A DNA stretch of 64,000 bases from Eledone cirrhosa (GCA_964016885.1 OZ024758.1:33914001-33978000); one strand, 5' to 3'. Positions 11,000 to 25,800 are shown, counted from the first letter of the stretch. A program made the numbers and translations. The notes: a model not told the origin generated them from the letters alone.

Positions 11000-13900
11000 G
11001 TCAGAAGTAACTCCACTGTTGGTGAGAATTCATTTAAGTCATGGTATTAGCTGTCAGAAGTAACTCCATTGTTGGTGAGAATTCATTTAAGTCATGGTAC
11101 TAGCTGTCAGAAGTAACTCCACTGTTGGTGAGAATTCATTTAAGTTCATGGTATTAGCTGTCAGAAGGAACTCCACTGTTGGTGAGAATTCATTTAAGTT
11201 CATGGTATTAGTTTGTCAGAAGTAACTCCACTGTTGGTGAGAATTCATATAAGTTCATGGTATTAGCTGTCAGAAGTAACTCCACTGTTAGTGAGAATTC
11301 ATTTAAGTCATGGTATTAGCTGTCAGAAGTAACTCCATTGTTGGTGAGAATTCATTTAAGTCATGGTACTAGCTGTCAGAAGTAACTCCACTGTTGGTGA
11401 GAATTCATTTAAGTTCATGGTACTAGCTGTCAGAAGTAACTCCACTGTTGGTGAGAATTCATTTAAGTTCATGGTACTAGCTGTCAGAAGTAACTCCACT
11501 GTTGGTGAGAATTCATTTAAGTTCATGGTATTAGCTGTCAGAAGTCACTCCACTGTTGGTGAGAATTCATTTAAGTTCATGGTACTAGCTGTCAGAAGTA
11601 ACCCCAATGTTGGTGAGAATTCATTTAAGTTCATGGTATTAGCCGTCAGAAGTCACTCCAATGTTGGTGAGAATTCATTTAAGTTCATGGTATTAGCTGT
11701 CAGAAGTAACTCCACTGTTGGTGAGAATTCATTTAAGTTCATGGTATTAGCTGTCAGAAGTAACTCCACTGTTGGTGAGAATTCATTTAAGTTCATGGTA
11801 TTAGTTTGTCAGAAGTAACTCCACTGTTGGTGAGAATTCATTTAAGTTCATGGTATTAGCTGTCAGAAGGAACTCCAATGTTGGTGAGAATTCATTTAAG
11901 TCATGGTACTAGCTGTCAGAAGTAACTCCATTGTTGGTGAGAATTCATTTAAGTTCATGGTATTAGCTGTCAGAAGGAACGCCACTGTTGGTGAGAATTC
12001 ATTTAAGTTCATGGTATTAGCTGTCAGAAGTAACTCCACTGTTGGTGAGAATTCATTTAAGTTCATGGTACTAGTTGTCAGAAGTAACTCCACTGTTGGT
12101 GAGAATTCATTTAAGTTCATGGTATTAGTTGTCAGAAGTAACTCCACTGTTGGTGAGAATTCATTTAAGTCATGGTATTAGTTGTCAGAAGTAACTCCAA
12201 TGTTGGTGAGAATTCATTTAAGTTCATGGTACTAGCTGTCAGAAGTAACTCCACTGTTGGTGAGAATTCATTTAAGTTCATGGTATTAGCTGTCAGAAGT
12301 AACTCCACTGTTGGTGAGAATTCATTTAAGTCATGGTATTAGCTGTCAGAAGTAACTCCATTGTTGGTGAGAATTCATTTAAGCCATGGTACTAGCTGTC
12401 AGAAGTAACTCCACTGTTGGTGTGAATTCATTTAAGTTCATGGTATTAGCTGACAGAAGGAACTCCACTGTTGGTGAGAATTCATTTAAGTTCATGGTAT
12501 TACTTTGTCAGAAGTAACTCCACTGTTGGTGAGAATTCATTTAAGTTCATGGTATTACTTTGTCAGAAGTAACTCCACTGTTGGTGAGAATTCATTTAAG
12601 TCATGGTATTAGTTGTCAGAAGTAACTCCAATGTTGGTGAGAATTCATTTAAGTCATGGTACTAGCTGTCAGAAGTAACTCCAATGTTGGTGAGAATTCA
12701 TTTAAGTTCATGGTATTAGCTGTCAGAAGGAACTCCTCTGTTGGTGAGAATTCATTTAAGTTCATGGTATTAGCTGTCAGAAGTAACTCCACTCTTGGTG
12801 AGAATTCATTTAAGTTCATGGTACTAGCTGTCAGAAGTAACTCCAATGTTGGTGAGAATTCATTTAAGTTCATGGTATTAGCTGTCAGAAGTAACTCCAC
12901 TGTTGGTGAGAATTCATTTAAGTTCATGGTATTAGCTGTCAGAAGTAACTCCACTGTTGGTGAGAATTCATTTAAGTTCATGGTACTAGCTGTCAGAAGT
13001 AACTCCACTGTTGGTGAGAATTCATTTAAGTTCATGGCATTAGTTTGTCAGAAGTAACTCCACTGTTGGTGAGAATTCATTTAAGTTCATGGTATTAGCT
13101 GTCAGAAGGAACTCCACTGTTGGTGAGAATTCATTTAAGTCATGGTATTAGCTGTCAGAAGTAACTCCATTGTTGGTGAGAATTCATTTAAGTCATGGTA
13201 CTAGCTGTCAGAAGTAACTCCACTGTTGGTGAGAATTCATTTAAGTTCATGGTATTAGCTGTCAGAAGGAACTCCACTGTTGGTGAGAATTCATTTAAGT
13301 TCATGGTATTAGTTTGTCAGAAGTAACTCCACTGTTGGTGAGAATTCATATAAGTTCATGGTATTAGCTGTCAGAAGTAACTCCACTGTTAGTGAGAATT
13401 CATTTAAGTCATGGTATTAGCTGTCAGAAGTAACTCCATTGTTGGTGAGAATTCATTTAAGTCATGGTACTAGCTGTCAGAAGTAACTCCACTGTTGGTG
13501 AGAATTCATTTAAGTTCATGGTACTAGCTGTCAGAAGTAACTCCACTGTTGGTGAGAATTCATTTAAGTTCATGGTACTAGCTGTCAGAAGTAACTCCAC
13601 TGTTGGTGAGAATTCATTTAAGTTCATGGTATTAGCTGTCAGAAGTCACTCCACTGTTGGTGAGAATTCATTTAAGTTCATGGTACTAGCTGTCAGAAGT
13701 AACCCCAATGTTGGTGAGAATTCATTTAAGTTCATGGTATTAGCCGTCAGAAGTCACTCCAATGTTGGTGAGAATTCATTTAAGTTCATGGTATTAGCTG
13801 TCAGAAGTAACTCCACTGTTGGTGAGAATTCATTTAAGTTCATGGTATTAGCTGTCAGAAGTAACTCCACTGTTGGTGAGAATTCATTTAAGTTCATGGT

Positions 13901-15170
13901 ATTAGTTTGTCAGAAGTAACTCCACTGTTGGTGAGAATTCATTTAAGTTCATGGTATTAGCTGTCAGAAGGAACTCCAATGTTGGTGAGAATTCATTTAA
14001 GTCATGGTACTAGCTGTCAGAAGTAACTCCATTGTTGGTGAGAATTCATTTAAGTTCATGGTATTAGCTGTCAGAAGGAACGCCACTGTTGGTGAGAATT
14101 CATTTAAGTTCATGGTATTAGCTGTCAGAAGTAACTCCACTGTTGGTGAGAATTCATTTAAGTTCATGGTACTAGTTGTCAGAAGTAACTCCACTGTTGG
14201 TGAGAATTCATTTAAGTTCATGGTATTAGTTGTCAGAAGTAACTCCACTGTTGGTGAGAATTCATTTAAGTCATGGTATTAGTTGTCAGAAGTAACTCCA
14301 ATGTTGGTGAGAATTCATTTAAGTTCATGGTACTAGCTGTCAGAAGTAACTCCACTGTTGGTGAGAATTCATTTAAGTTCATGGTATTAGCTGTCAGAAG
14401 TAACTCCACTGTTGGTGAGAATTCATTTAAGTCATGGTATTAGCTGTCAGAAGTAACTCCATTGTTGGTGAGAATTCATTTAAGCCATGGTACTAGCTGT
14501 CAGAAGTAACTCCACTGTTGGTGTGAATTCATTTAAGTTCATGGTATTAGCTGACAGAAGGAACTCCACTGTTGGTGAGAATTCATTTAAGTTCATGGTA
14601 TTACTTTGTCAGAAGTAACTCCACTGTTGGTGAGAATTCATTTAAGTTCATGGTATTACTTTGTCAGAAGTAACTCCACTGTTGGTGAGAATTCATTTAA
14701 GTCATGGTATTAGTTGTCAGAAGTAACTCCAATGTTGGTGAGAATTCATTTAAGTCATGGTACTAGCTGTCAGAAGTAACTCCAATGTTGGTGAGAATTC
14801 ATTTAAGTTCATGGTATTAGCTGTCAGAAGGAACTCCTCTGTTGGTGAGAATTCATTTAAGTTCATGGTATTAGCTGTCAGAAGTAACTCCACTCTTGGT
14901 GAGAATTCATTTAAGTTCATGGTACTAGCTGTCAGAAGTAACTCCAATGTTGGTGAGAATTCATTTAAGTTCATGGTATTAGCTGTCAGAAGTAACTCCA
15001 CTGTTGGTGAGAATTCATTTAAGTTCATGGTATTAGCTGTCAGAAGTAACTCCACTGTTGGTGAGAATTCATTTAAGTTCATGGTACTAGCTGTCAGAAG
15101 TAACTCCACTGTTGGTGAGAATTCATTTAAGTTCATGGCATTAGTTTGTCAGAAGTAACTCCACTGTTGG
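11000..15170. repeat. Near-perfect tandem duplication of a 39-monomer block (2101-bp offset)
   Basis: ORF pairs 11363/13464, 11903/14004 and 12656/14757 all differ by 2101. Shared rare variants include CATATAAG, GTTAGTGAG, AGCCGTC, AAGCCATGG, CTCCTCTG and ATGGCATTAG. Confidence 0.92.
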
Positions 15171-18100
15171 TGAGAATACATTTAAGTTCATAGTATTAGC
15201 TGTCAGAAGGAACGCCACTGTTGGTGAGAATTCATTTAAGTTCATGGTATTAGCTGTCAGAAGTAACTCCACTGTTGGTGAGAATTCATTTAAGTTCATG
15301 GTACTAGCTGTCAGAAGTAACTCCAATGTTGGTGAGAATTCATTTAAGTTCATGGTATTAGCTGTCAGAAGGAACTCCACTGTTGGTGAGAATTCATTTA
15401 AGTTCATGGTATTAGCTGTCAGAAGTAACTCCACTGTTGGTGAGAATTCATTTAAGTCATGGTATTAGCTGTCAGAAGTAACTCCATTGTTGGCGAGAAT
15501 TCATTTAAGTCATGGTACTAGCTGTCAGAAGTAACTCCACTGTTGGTGAGAATTCATTTAAGTTTCATGGTATTAGTTTGTCAGAAGTAACTCCACTGTT
15601 GGTGAGAATTCATTTAAGTCATGGTATTAGTTGTCAGAAGTAACTCCAATGTTGGTGAGAATTCATTTAAGTTCATGGTACTAGCTGTCAGAAGTAACTC
15701 CATTGTTGGTGAGAATTCATTTAAGTTCATGGTACTAGCTGTCAGAAGTAACTCCACTGTTGGTGAGAATTCATTTAAGTTCATGGTATTAGCTGTCAGA
15801 AGTCACTCCACTGTTGGTGAGAATTCATTTAAGTTCATGGTACTAGCTGTCAGAAGTAACCCCAATGTTGGTGAGAATTCATTTATGTTCATGGTATTAG
15901 CTGTCAGAAGTCACTCCAATGTTGGTTAGAATTCATTTAAGTTCATGGTATTAGCTGTCAGAAGTAACTCCACTGTTGGTGAGAATTCATTTAAGTTCAT
16001 GGTATTAGCTGTCAGAAGTAACTCCACTGTTGGTGAGAATTCATTTAAGTTCATGGTATTAGCTGTCAGAAGTAACTCCACTGTTGGTGAGAATTCATTT
16101 AAGTTCATGGTATTAGCTGTCAGAAGGAACTCCAATGTTGGTGAGAATTCATTTAAGTCATGGTACTAGCTGTCAGAAGTAACTCCACTGTTGGTGAGAA
16201 TTCATTTAAGTTCATGGTATTAGCTGTCAGAAGGAACGCCACTGTTGGTGAGAATTCATTTAAGTTCATGGTATTAGCTGTCAGAAGTAACTCCACTGTT
16301 GGTGAGAATTCATTTAAGTTCATGGTACTAGCTGTCAGAAGTAACTCCAATGTTGGTGAGAATTCATTTAAGTTCATGGTATTAGCTGTCAGAAGGAACT
16401 CCACTGTTGGTGAGAATTCATTTAAGTTCATGGTATTAGCTGTCAGAAGTAACTCCACTGTTGGTGAGAATTCATTTAAGTTCATGGTACTAGTTGTCAG
16501 AAGTAACTCCACTGTTGGTGAGAATTCATTTAAGTTCATGGTATTAGTTGTCAGAAGTAACTCCACTGTTGGTGAGAATTCATTTAAGTCATGGTATTAG
16601 TTGTCAGAAGTAACTCCAATGTTGGTGAGAATTCATTTAAGTTCATGGTACTAGCTGTCAGAAGTAACTCCACTGTTGGTGAGAATTCATTTAAGTTCAT
16701 GGTATTAGCTGTCAGAAGTAACTCCACTGTTGGTGAGAATTCATTTAAGTCATGGTATTAGCTGTCAGAAGTAACTCCATTGTTGGTGAGAATTCATTTA
16801 AGTCATGGTACTAGCTGTCAGAAGTAACACCACTGTTGGTGTGAATTCATTTAAGTTCATGGTATTAGCTGACAGAAGGAACTCCACTGTTGGTGAGAAT
16901 TCATTTAAGTTCATGGTACTAGCTGTCAGAAGTAACTCCACTGTTGGTGAGAATTCATTTAAGTTCATGGTATGACTTTGTCAGAAGTAACTCCACTGTT
17001 GGTGAGAATTCATTTAAGTCATGGTATTAGTTGTCAGAAGTAACTCCAATGTTGGTGAGAATTCATTTAAGTCATGGTACTAGCTGTCAGAAGTAACTCC
17101 AATGTTGGTGAGAATTCATTTAAGTTCATGGTATTAGCTGTCAGAAGGAACTCCACTGTTGGTGAGAATTCATTTAAGTTCATGGTATTAGCTGTCAGAA
17201 GTAACTCCACTCTTGGTGAGAATTCATTTAAGTTCATGGTACTAGCTGTCAGAAGTAACTCCAATGTTGGTGAGAATTCATTTAAGATCATGGTATTAGC
17301 TGTCAGAAGTAACTCCACTGTTGGTGAGAATTCATTTAAGTCATGGTATTAGCTGTCAGAAGTAACTCCAATGTTGGTGAGAATTCATTTAAGTTCATGG
17401 TATTAGCTGTCAGAAGTAACTCCAATGTTGGTGAGAATTCATTTAAGTTCATGGTATTAGCTGTCAGAAGGAACTCCACTGTTGGTGAGAATTCATTTAA
17501 GTTCATGGTATTAGCTGTCAGAAGTAACTCCACTGTTGGTGAGAATTCATTTAAGTCATGGTATTAGCTGTCAGAAGTAACTCCATTGTTGGTGAGAATT
17601 CATTTAAGTCATGGTACTAGCTGTCAGAAGTAACTCCACTGTTGGTGAGAATTCATTTAAGTTCATGGTATTAGTTTGTCAGAAGTAACTCCACTGTTGG
17701 TGAGAATTCATTTAAGTCATGGTATTAGTTGTCAGAAGTAACTCCAATGTTGGTGAGAATTCATTTAAGTTCATGGTACTAGCTGTCAGAAGTAACTCCA
17801 TTGTTGGTGAGAATTCATTTAAGTTCATGGTACTAGCTGTCAGAAGTAACTCCACTGTTGGTGAGAATTCATTTAAGTTCATGGTATTAGCTGTCAGAAG
17901 TCACTCCACCGTTGGTGAGAATTCATTTAAGTTCATGGTACTAGCTGTCAGAAGTAACCCCAATGTTGGTGAGAATTCATTTATGTTCATGGTATTAGCT
18001 CTCAGAAGTCACTCCAATGTTGGTTAGAATTCATTTAAGTTCATGGTATTAGCTGTCAGAAGTAACTCCACTGTTGGTGAGAATTCATTTAAGTTCATGG

Positions 18101-20199
18101 TATTAGCTGTCAGAAGTAACTCCACTGTTGGTGAGAATTCATTTAAGTTCATGGTATTAGCTGTCAGAAGTAACTCCACTGTTGGTGAGAATTCATTTAA
18201 GTTCATGGTATTAGCTGTTTAGAAGGAACTCCAATGTTGGTGAGAATTCATTTAAGTCATGGTACTAGCTGTCAGAAGTAACTCCACTGTTGGTGAGAAT
18301 TCATTTAAGTTCATGGTATTAGCTGTCAGAAGGAACGCCACTGTTGGTGAGAATTCATTTAAGTTCATGGTATTAGCTGTCAGAAGTAACTCCACTGTTG
18401 GTGAGAATTCATTTAAGTTCATGGTACTAGCTGTCAGAAGTAACTCCAATGTTGGTGAGAATTCATTTAAGTTCATGGTATTAGCTGTCAGAAGGAACTC
18501 CACTGTTGGTGAGAATTCATTTAAGTTCATGGTATTAGCTGTCAGAAGTAACTCCACTGTTGGTGAGAATTCATTTAAGTTCATGGTACTAGTTGTCAGA
18601 AGTAACTCCACTGTTGGTGAGAATTCATTTAAGTTCATGGCATTAGTTGTCAGAAGTAACTCCACTGTTGGTGAGAATTCATTTAAGTCATGGTATTAGT
18701 TGTCAGAAGTAACTCCAATGTTGGTGAGAATTCATTTAAGTTCATGGTACTAGCTGTCAGAAGTAACTCCACTGTTGGTGAGAATTCATTTAAGTTCATG
18801 GTATTAGCTGTCAGAAGTAACTCCACTGTTGGTGAGAATTCATTTAAGTTCATGGTACTAGCTGTCAGAAGTAACTCCACTGTTGGTGAGAATTCATTTA
18901 AGTTCATGGTATGACTTTGTCAGAAGTAACTCCACTGTTGGTGAGAATTCATTTAAGTTCATGGTATTAGCTGTCAGAAGTAACTCCACTGTTGGTGAGA
19001 ATTCATTTAAGTCATGGTATTAGCTGTCAGAAGTAACTCCATTGTTGGTGAGAATTCATTTAAGTCATGGTACTAGCTGTCAGAAGTAACTCCACTGTTG
19101 GTGAGAATTCATTTAAGTTCATGGTATTAGCTGTCAGAAGGAACTCCACTGTTGGTGAGAATTCATTTAAGTTCATGGTACTAGCTGTCAGAAGTAACTC
19201 CACTGTTGGTGAGAATTCATTTAAGTTCATGGTATTAGTTTGTCAGAAGTAACTCCACTGTTGGTGAGAATTCATTTAAGTTCATGGTACTAGCTGTCAG
19301 AAGTAACTCCACTGTTGGTGAGAATTCATTTAAGTTCATGGTACTAGCTGTCAGAAGTAACTCCACTGTTGGTGAGAATTCATTTAAGTTCATGGTATTA
19401 GCTGTCAGAAGTCACTCCACTGTTGGTGAGAATTCATTTAAGTTCATGGTATTAGCTGTCAGAAGTAACCCCAATGTTGGTGAGAATTCATTTAAGTTCA
19501 TGGTATTAGCTGTCAGAAGTAACTCCACTGTTGGTGAGAATTCATTTAAGTTCATGGTACTAGCTGTCAGAAGTAACTCCACTGTTGGTGAGAATTCATT
19601 TAAGTTCATGGTACTAGCAGTCAGAAGTAACTCCACTGTTGGTGAGAATTCATTTAAGTTCATGGTATTAGCTGTCAGAAGTCACTCCAATGTTGGTGAG
19701 AATTCATTTTAGTTCATGGTACTAGCTGTCAGAAGTAACCCCAATGTTGGTGAGAATTCATTTAAGTTCATGGTATTAGTTGTCAGAAGTCACTCCAATG
19801 TTGGTTAGAATTCATTTAAGTTCATGGTATTAGCTGTCAGAAGTAACTCCACTGTTGGTGAGAATTCATTTAAGTTCATGGTATTAGCTGTCAGAATTAA
19901 CTCCACTGTTGGTGAGAATTCATTTAAGTTCATGGTATTATCTGTCAGAAGTAACTCCACTGTTGGTGAGAATTCATTTAAGTTCATGGTATTAGCTGTC
20001 AGAAGTAACTCCACTGTTGGTGAGAATTCATTTAAGTCATGGTATTAGCTGTCAGAAGTAACTCCATTGTTGGTGAGAATTCATTTAAGTCATGGTACTA
20101 GCTGTCAGAAGTAACTCCACTGTTGGTGAGAATTCATTTAAGTTCATGGTATTAGCTGTCAGAAGGAACTCCACTGTTGGTGAGAATTCATTTAAGTTC

Positions 20200-21400
20200 A
20201 TGGTATTAGTTTGTCAGAAGTAACTCCACTGTTGGTGAGAATTCATATAAGTTCATGGTATTAGCTGTCAGAAGTAACTCCACTGTTGGTGAGAATTCAT
20301 TTAAGTCATGGTATTAGCTGTCAGAAGTAACTCCATTGTTGGTGAGAATTCATTTAAGTCATGGTACTAGCTGTCAGAAGTAACTCCACTGTTGGTGAGA
20401 ATTCATTTAAGTTCATGGTACTAGCTGTCAGAAGTAACTCCACTGTTGGTGAGAATTCATTTAAGTTCATGGTACTAGCTGTCAGAAGTAACTCCACTGT
20501 TGGTGAGAATTCATTTAAGTTCATGGTATTAGCTGTCAGAAGTCACTCCACTGTTGGTGAGAATTCATTTAAGTTCATGGTACTAGCTGTCAGAAGTAAC
20601 CCCAATGTTGGTGAGAATTCATTTAAGTTCATGGTATTAGCCGTCAGAAGTCACTCCAATGTTGGTGAGAATTCATTTAAGTTCATGGTATTAGCTGTCA
20701 GAAGTAACTCCACTGTTGGTGAGAATTCATTTAAGTTCATGGTATTAGCTGTCAGAAGTAACTCCACTGTTGGTGAGAATTCATTTAAGTTCATGGTATT
20801 AGTTTGTCAGAAGTAACTCCACTGTTGGTGAGAATTCATATAAGTTCATGGTATTAGCTGTCAGAAGTAACTCCACTGTTGGTGAGAATTCATTTAAGTC
20901 ATGGTATTAGCTGTCAGAAGTAACTCCATTGTTGGTGAGAATTCATTTAAGTCATGGTACTAGCTGTCAGAAGTAACTCCACTGTTGGTGAGAATTCATT
21001 TAAGTTCATGGTACTAGCTGTCAGAAGTAACTCCACTGTTGGTGAGAATTCATTTAAGTTCATGGTACTAGCTGTCAGAAGTAACTCCACTGTTGGTGAG
21101 AATTCATTTAAGTTCATGGTATTAGCTGTCAGAAGTCACTCCACTGTTGGTGAGAATTCATTTAAGTTCATGGTACTAGCTGTCAGAAGTAACCCCAATG
21201 TTGGTGAGAATTCATTTAAGTTCATGGTATTAGCCGTCAGAAGTCACTCCAATGTTGGTGAGAATTCATTTAAGTTCATGGTATTAGCTGTCAGAAGTAA
21301 CTCCACTGTTGGTGAGAATTCATTTAAGTTCATGGTATTAGCTGTCAGAAGTAACTCCACTGTTGGTGAGAATTCATTTAAGTTCATGGTATTAGTTTGT
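20200..21400. repeat. Tandem duplication of an 11-monomer block (593-bp offset)
   Basis: CATATAAG at ~20244 and ~20837; AGCCGTC at ~20640 and ~21233; identical ORFs at 20361 and 20954. Confidence 0.9.
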
Positions 21401-22899
21401 CAGAAGTAACTCCACTGTTGGTGAGAATTCATTTAAGTTCATGGTATTAGCTGTCAGAAGGAACTCCAATGTTGGTGAGAATTCATTTAAGTCATGGTAC
21501 TAGCTGTCAGAAGTAACTCCATTGTTGGTGAGAATTCATTTAAGTTCATGGTATTAGCTGTCAGAAGGAACGCCACTGTTGGTGAGAATTCATTTAAGTT
21601 CATGGTATTAGCTGTCAGAAGTAACTCCACTGTTGGTGAGAATTCATTTAAGTTCATGGTACTAGTTGTCAGAAGTAACTCCACTGTTGGTGAGAATTCA
21701 TTTAAGTTCATGGTATTAGTTGTCAGAAGTAACTCCACTGTTGGTGAGAATTCATTTAAGTCATGGTATTAGTTGTCAGAAGTAACTCCAATGTTGGTGA
21801 GAATTCATTTAAGTTCATGGTACTAGCTGTCAGAAGTAACTCCACTGTTGGTGAGAATTCATTTAAGTTCATGGTATTAGCTGTCAGAAGTAACTCCACT
21901 GTTGGTGAGAATTCATTTAAGTCATGGTATTAGCTGTCAGAAGTAACTCCATTGTTGGTGAGAATTCATTTAAGCCATGGTACTAGCTGTCAGAAGTAAC
22001 TCCACTGTTGGTGTGAATTCATTTAAGTTCATGGTATTAGCTGACAGAAGGAACTCCACTGTTGGTGAGAATTCATTTAAGTTCATGGTATTACTTTGTC
22101 AGAAGTAACTCCACTGTTGGTGAGAATTCATTTAAGTTCATGGTATTACTTTGTCAGAAGTAACTCCACTGTTGCTGAGAATTCATTTAAGTCATGGTAT
22201 TAGTTGTCAGAAGTAACTCCAATGTTGGTGAGAATTCATTTAAGTCATGGTACTAGCTGTCAGAAGTAACTCCAATGTTGGTGAGAATTCATTTAAGTTC
22301 ATGGTATTAGCTGTCAGAAGGAACTCCTCTGTTGGTGAGAATTCATTTAAGTTCATGGTATTAGCTGTCAGAAGTAACTCCACTCTTGGTGAGAATTCAT
22401 TTAAGTTCATGGTACTAGCTGTCAGAAGTAACTCCAATGTTGGTGAGAATTCATTTAAGTTCATGGTATTAGCTGTCAGAAGTAACTCCACTGTTGGTGA
22501 GAATTCATTTAAGTTCATGGTATTAGCTGTCAGAAGTAACTCCACTGTTGGTGAGAATTCATTTAAGTTCATGGTACTAGCTGTCAGAAGTAACTCCACT
22601 GTTGGTGAGAATTCATTTAAGTTCATGGCATTAGTTTGTCAGAAGTAACTCCACTGTTGGTGAGAATACATTTAAGTTCATAGTATTAGCTGTCAGAAGG
22701 AACGCCACTGTTGGTGAGAATTCATTTAAGTTCATGGTATTAGCTGTCAGAAGTAACTCCACTGTTGGTGAGAATTCATTTAAGTTCATGGTACTAGCTG
22801 TCAGAAGTAACTCCAATGTTGGTGAGAATTCATTTAAGTTCATGGTATTAGCTGTCAGAAGGAACTCCACTGTTGGTGAGAATTCATTTAAGTTCATGG

Positions 22900-25800
22900 T
22901 ATTAGCTGTCAGAAGTAACTCCACTGTTGGTGAGAATTCATTTAAGTCATGGTATTAGCTGTCAGAAGTAACTCCATTGTTGGCGAGAATTCATTTAAGT
23001 CATGGTACTAGCTGTCAGAAGTAACTCCACTGTTGGTGAGAATTCATTTAAGTTCATGGTATTAGTTTGTCAGAAGTAACTCCACTGTTGGTGAGAATTC
23101 ATTTAAGTCATGGTATTAGTTGTCAGAAGTAACTCCAATGTTGGTGAGAATTCATTTAAGTTCATGGTACTAGCTGTCAGAAGTAACTCCATTGTTGGTG
23201 AGAATTCATTTAAGTTCATGGTACTAGCTGTCAGAAGTAACTCCACTGTTGGTGAGAATTCATTTAAGTTCATGGTGTTAGCTGTCAGAAGTCACTCCAC
23301 TGTTGGTGAGAATTCATTTAAGTTCATGGTACTAGCTGTCAGAAGTAACCCCAATGTTGGTGAGAATTCATTTATGTTCATGGTATTAGCTGTCAGAAGT
23401 CACTCCAATGTTGGTTAGAATTCATTTAAGTTCATGGTATTAGCTGTCAGAAGTAACTCCACTGTTGGTGAGAATTCATTTAAGTTCATGGTATTAGCTG
23501 TCAGAAGTAACTCCACTGTTGGTGAGAATTCATTTAAGTTCATGGTATTAGCTGTCAGAAGTAACTCCACTGTTGGTGAGAATTCATTTAAGTTCATGGT
23601 ATTAGCTGTCAGAAGGAACTCCAATGTTGGTGAGAATTCATTTAAGTCATGGTACTAGCTGTCAGAAGTAACTCCACTGTTGGTGAGAATTCATTTAAGT
23701 TCATGGTATTAGCTGTCAGAAGGAACGCCACTGTTGCTGAGAATTCATTTAAGTTCATGGTATTAGCTGTCAGAAGTAACTCCACTGTTGGTGAGAATTC
23801 ATTTAAGTTCATGGTACTAGCTGTCAGAAGTAACTCCAATGTTGGTGAGAATTCATTTAAGTTCATGGTATTAGCTGTCAGAAGGAACTCCACTGTTGGT
23901 GAGAATTCATTTAAGTTCATGGTATTAGCTGTCAGAAGTAACTCCACTGTTGGTGAGAATTCATTTAAGTTCATGGTACTAGTTGTCAGAAGTAACTCCA
24001 CTGTTGGTGAGAATTCATTTAAGTTCATGGTATTAGTTGTCAGAAGTAACTCCACTGTTGGTGAGAATTCATTTAAGTCATGGTATTAGTTGTCAGAAGT
24101 AACTCCAATGTTGGTGAGAATTCATTTAAGTTCATGGTACTAGCTGTCAGAAGTAACTCCACTGTTGGTGAGAATTCATTTAAGTTCATGGTATTAGCTG
24201 TCAGAAGTAACTCCACTGTTGGTGAGAATTCATTTAAGTCATGGTATTAGCTGTCAGAAGTAACTCCATTGTTGGTGAGAATTCATTTAAGTCATGGTAC
24301 TAGCTGTCAGAAGTAACACCACTGTTGGTGTGAATTCATTTAAGTTCATGGTATTAGCTGACAGAAGGAACTCCACTGTTGGTGAGAATTCATTTAAGTT
24401 CATGGTACTAGCTGTCAGAAGTAACTCCACTGTTGGTGAGAATTCATTTAAGTTCATGGTATGACTTTGTCAGAAGTAACTCCACTGTTGGTGAGAATTC
24501 ATTTAAGTCATGGTATTAGTTGTCAGAAGTAACTCCAATGTTGGTGAGAATTCATTTAAGTCATGGTACTAGCTGTCAGAAGTAACTCCAATGTTGGTGA
24601 GAATTCATTTAAGTTCATGGTATTAGCTGTCAGAAGGAACTCCACTGTTGGTGAGAATTCATTTAAGTTCATGGTATTAGCTGTCAGAAGTAACTCCACT
24701 GTTGGTGAGAATTCATTTAAGTTCATGGTATTAGCTGTCAGAAGTAACTCCACTGTTGGTGAGAATTCATTTAAGTTCATGGTACTAGCTGTCAGAAGTA
24801 ACTCCAATGTTGGTGAGAATTCATTTAAGTTCATGGTATTAGCTGTCAGAAGGAACTCCACTGTTGGTGAGAATTCATTTAAGTTCATGGTATTAGCTGT
24901 CAGAAGTAACTCCATTGTTGGTGAGAATTCATTTAAGTCATGGTACTAGCTGTCAGAAGTAACACCACTGTTGGTGAGAATTCATTTAAGTCATGGTATT
25001 AGCTGACAGAAGGAACTCCAATGTTGGTGAGAATTCATTTAAGTTCATGGTATTAGCTGTCAGAAGTAACTCCACTGTTGGTGAGAATTCATTTAAGTTC
25101 ATGGTACTAGTTGTCAGAAGTAACTCCAATGTTGGTGAGAATTCATTTAAGATCATGGTATTAGCTGTCAGAAGTAACTCCACTGTTGGTGAGAATTCAT
25201 TTAAGTTCATGGTACTAGCTGTCAGAAGTAACTCCAATGTTGGTGAGAATTCATTTAAGTTCATGGTACTAGCTGTCAGAAGGAACTCCACTGTTGGTGA
25301 GAATTCATTTAAGTTCATGGTATTAGCTGTCAGAAGTAACTCCACTCTTGGTGAGAATTCATTTAAGTTCATGGTACTAGCTGTCAGAAGTAACTCCAAT
25401 GTTGGTGAGAATTCATTTAAGATCATGGTATTAGCTGTCAGAAGTAACTCCACTGTTGGTGAGAATTCATTTAAGTCATGGTATTAGCTGTCAGAAGTAA
25501 CTCCAATGTTGGTGAGAATTCATTTAAGTTCATGGTATTAGCTGTCAGAAGTAACTCCAATGTTGGTGAGAATTCATTTAAGTTCATGGTATTAGCTGTC
25601 AGAAGGAACTCCACTGTTGGTGAGAATTCATTTAAGTTCATGGTATTAGCTGTCAGAAGGAACTCCACTGTTGGTGAGAATTCATTTAAGTTCATGGTAT
25701 TAGCTGTCAGAAGTAACTCCACTGTTGGTGAGAATTCATTTAAGTTCATGGTACTAGTTGTCAGAAGTAACTCCACTGTTGGTGAGAATTCATTTAAGTT

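Larger units (their letters stand above)
9950..24700. repeat. Large (~6.9 kb, ~128-monomer) block duplication, each copy later modified by its own internal duplication
   Basis: Offset 8998 (ORFs 10069/19067, 10286/19284, 10826/19824, 11363/20361) switches to 7490/7489 (14004/21494, 14757/22247, 15621/23110, 16160/23649). 8998 + 593 - 2101 = 7490. Confidence 0.85.
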
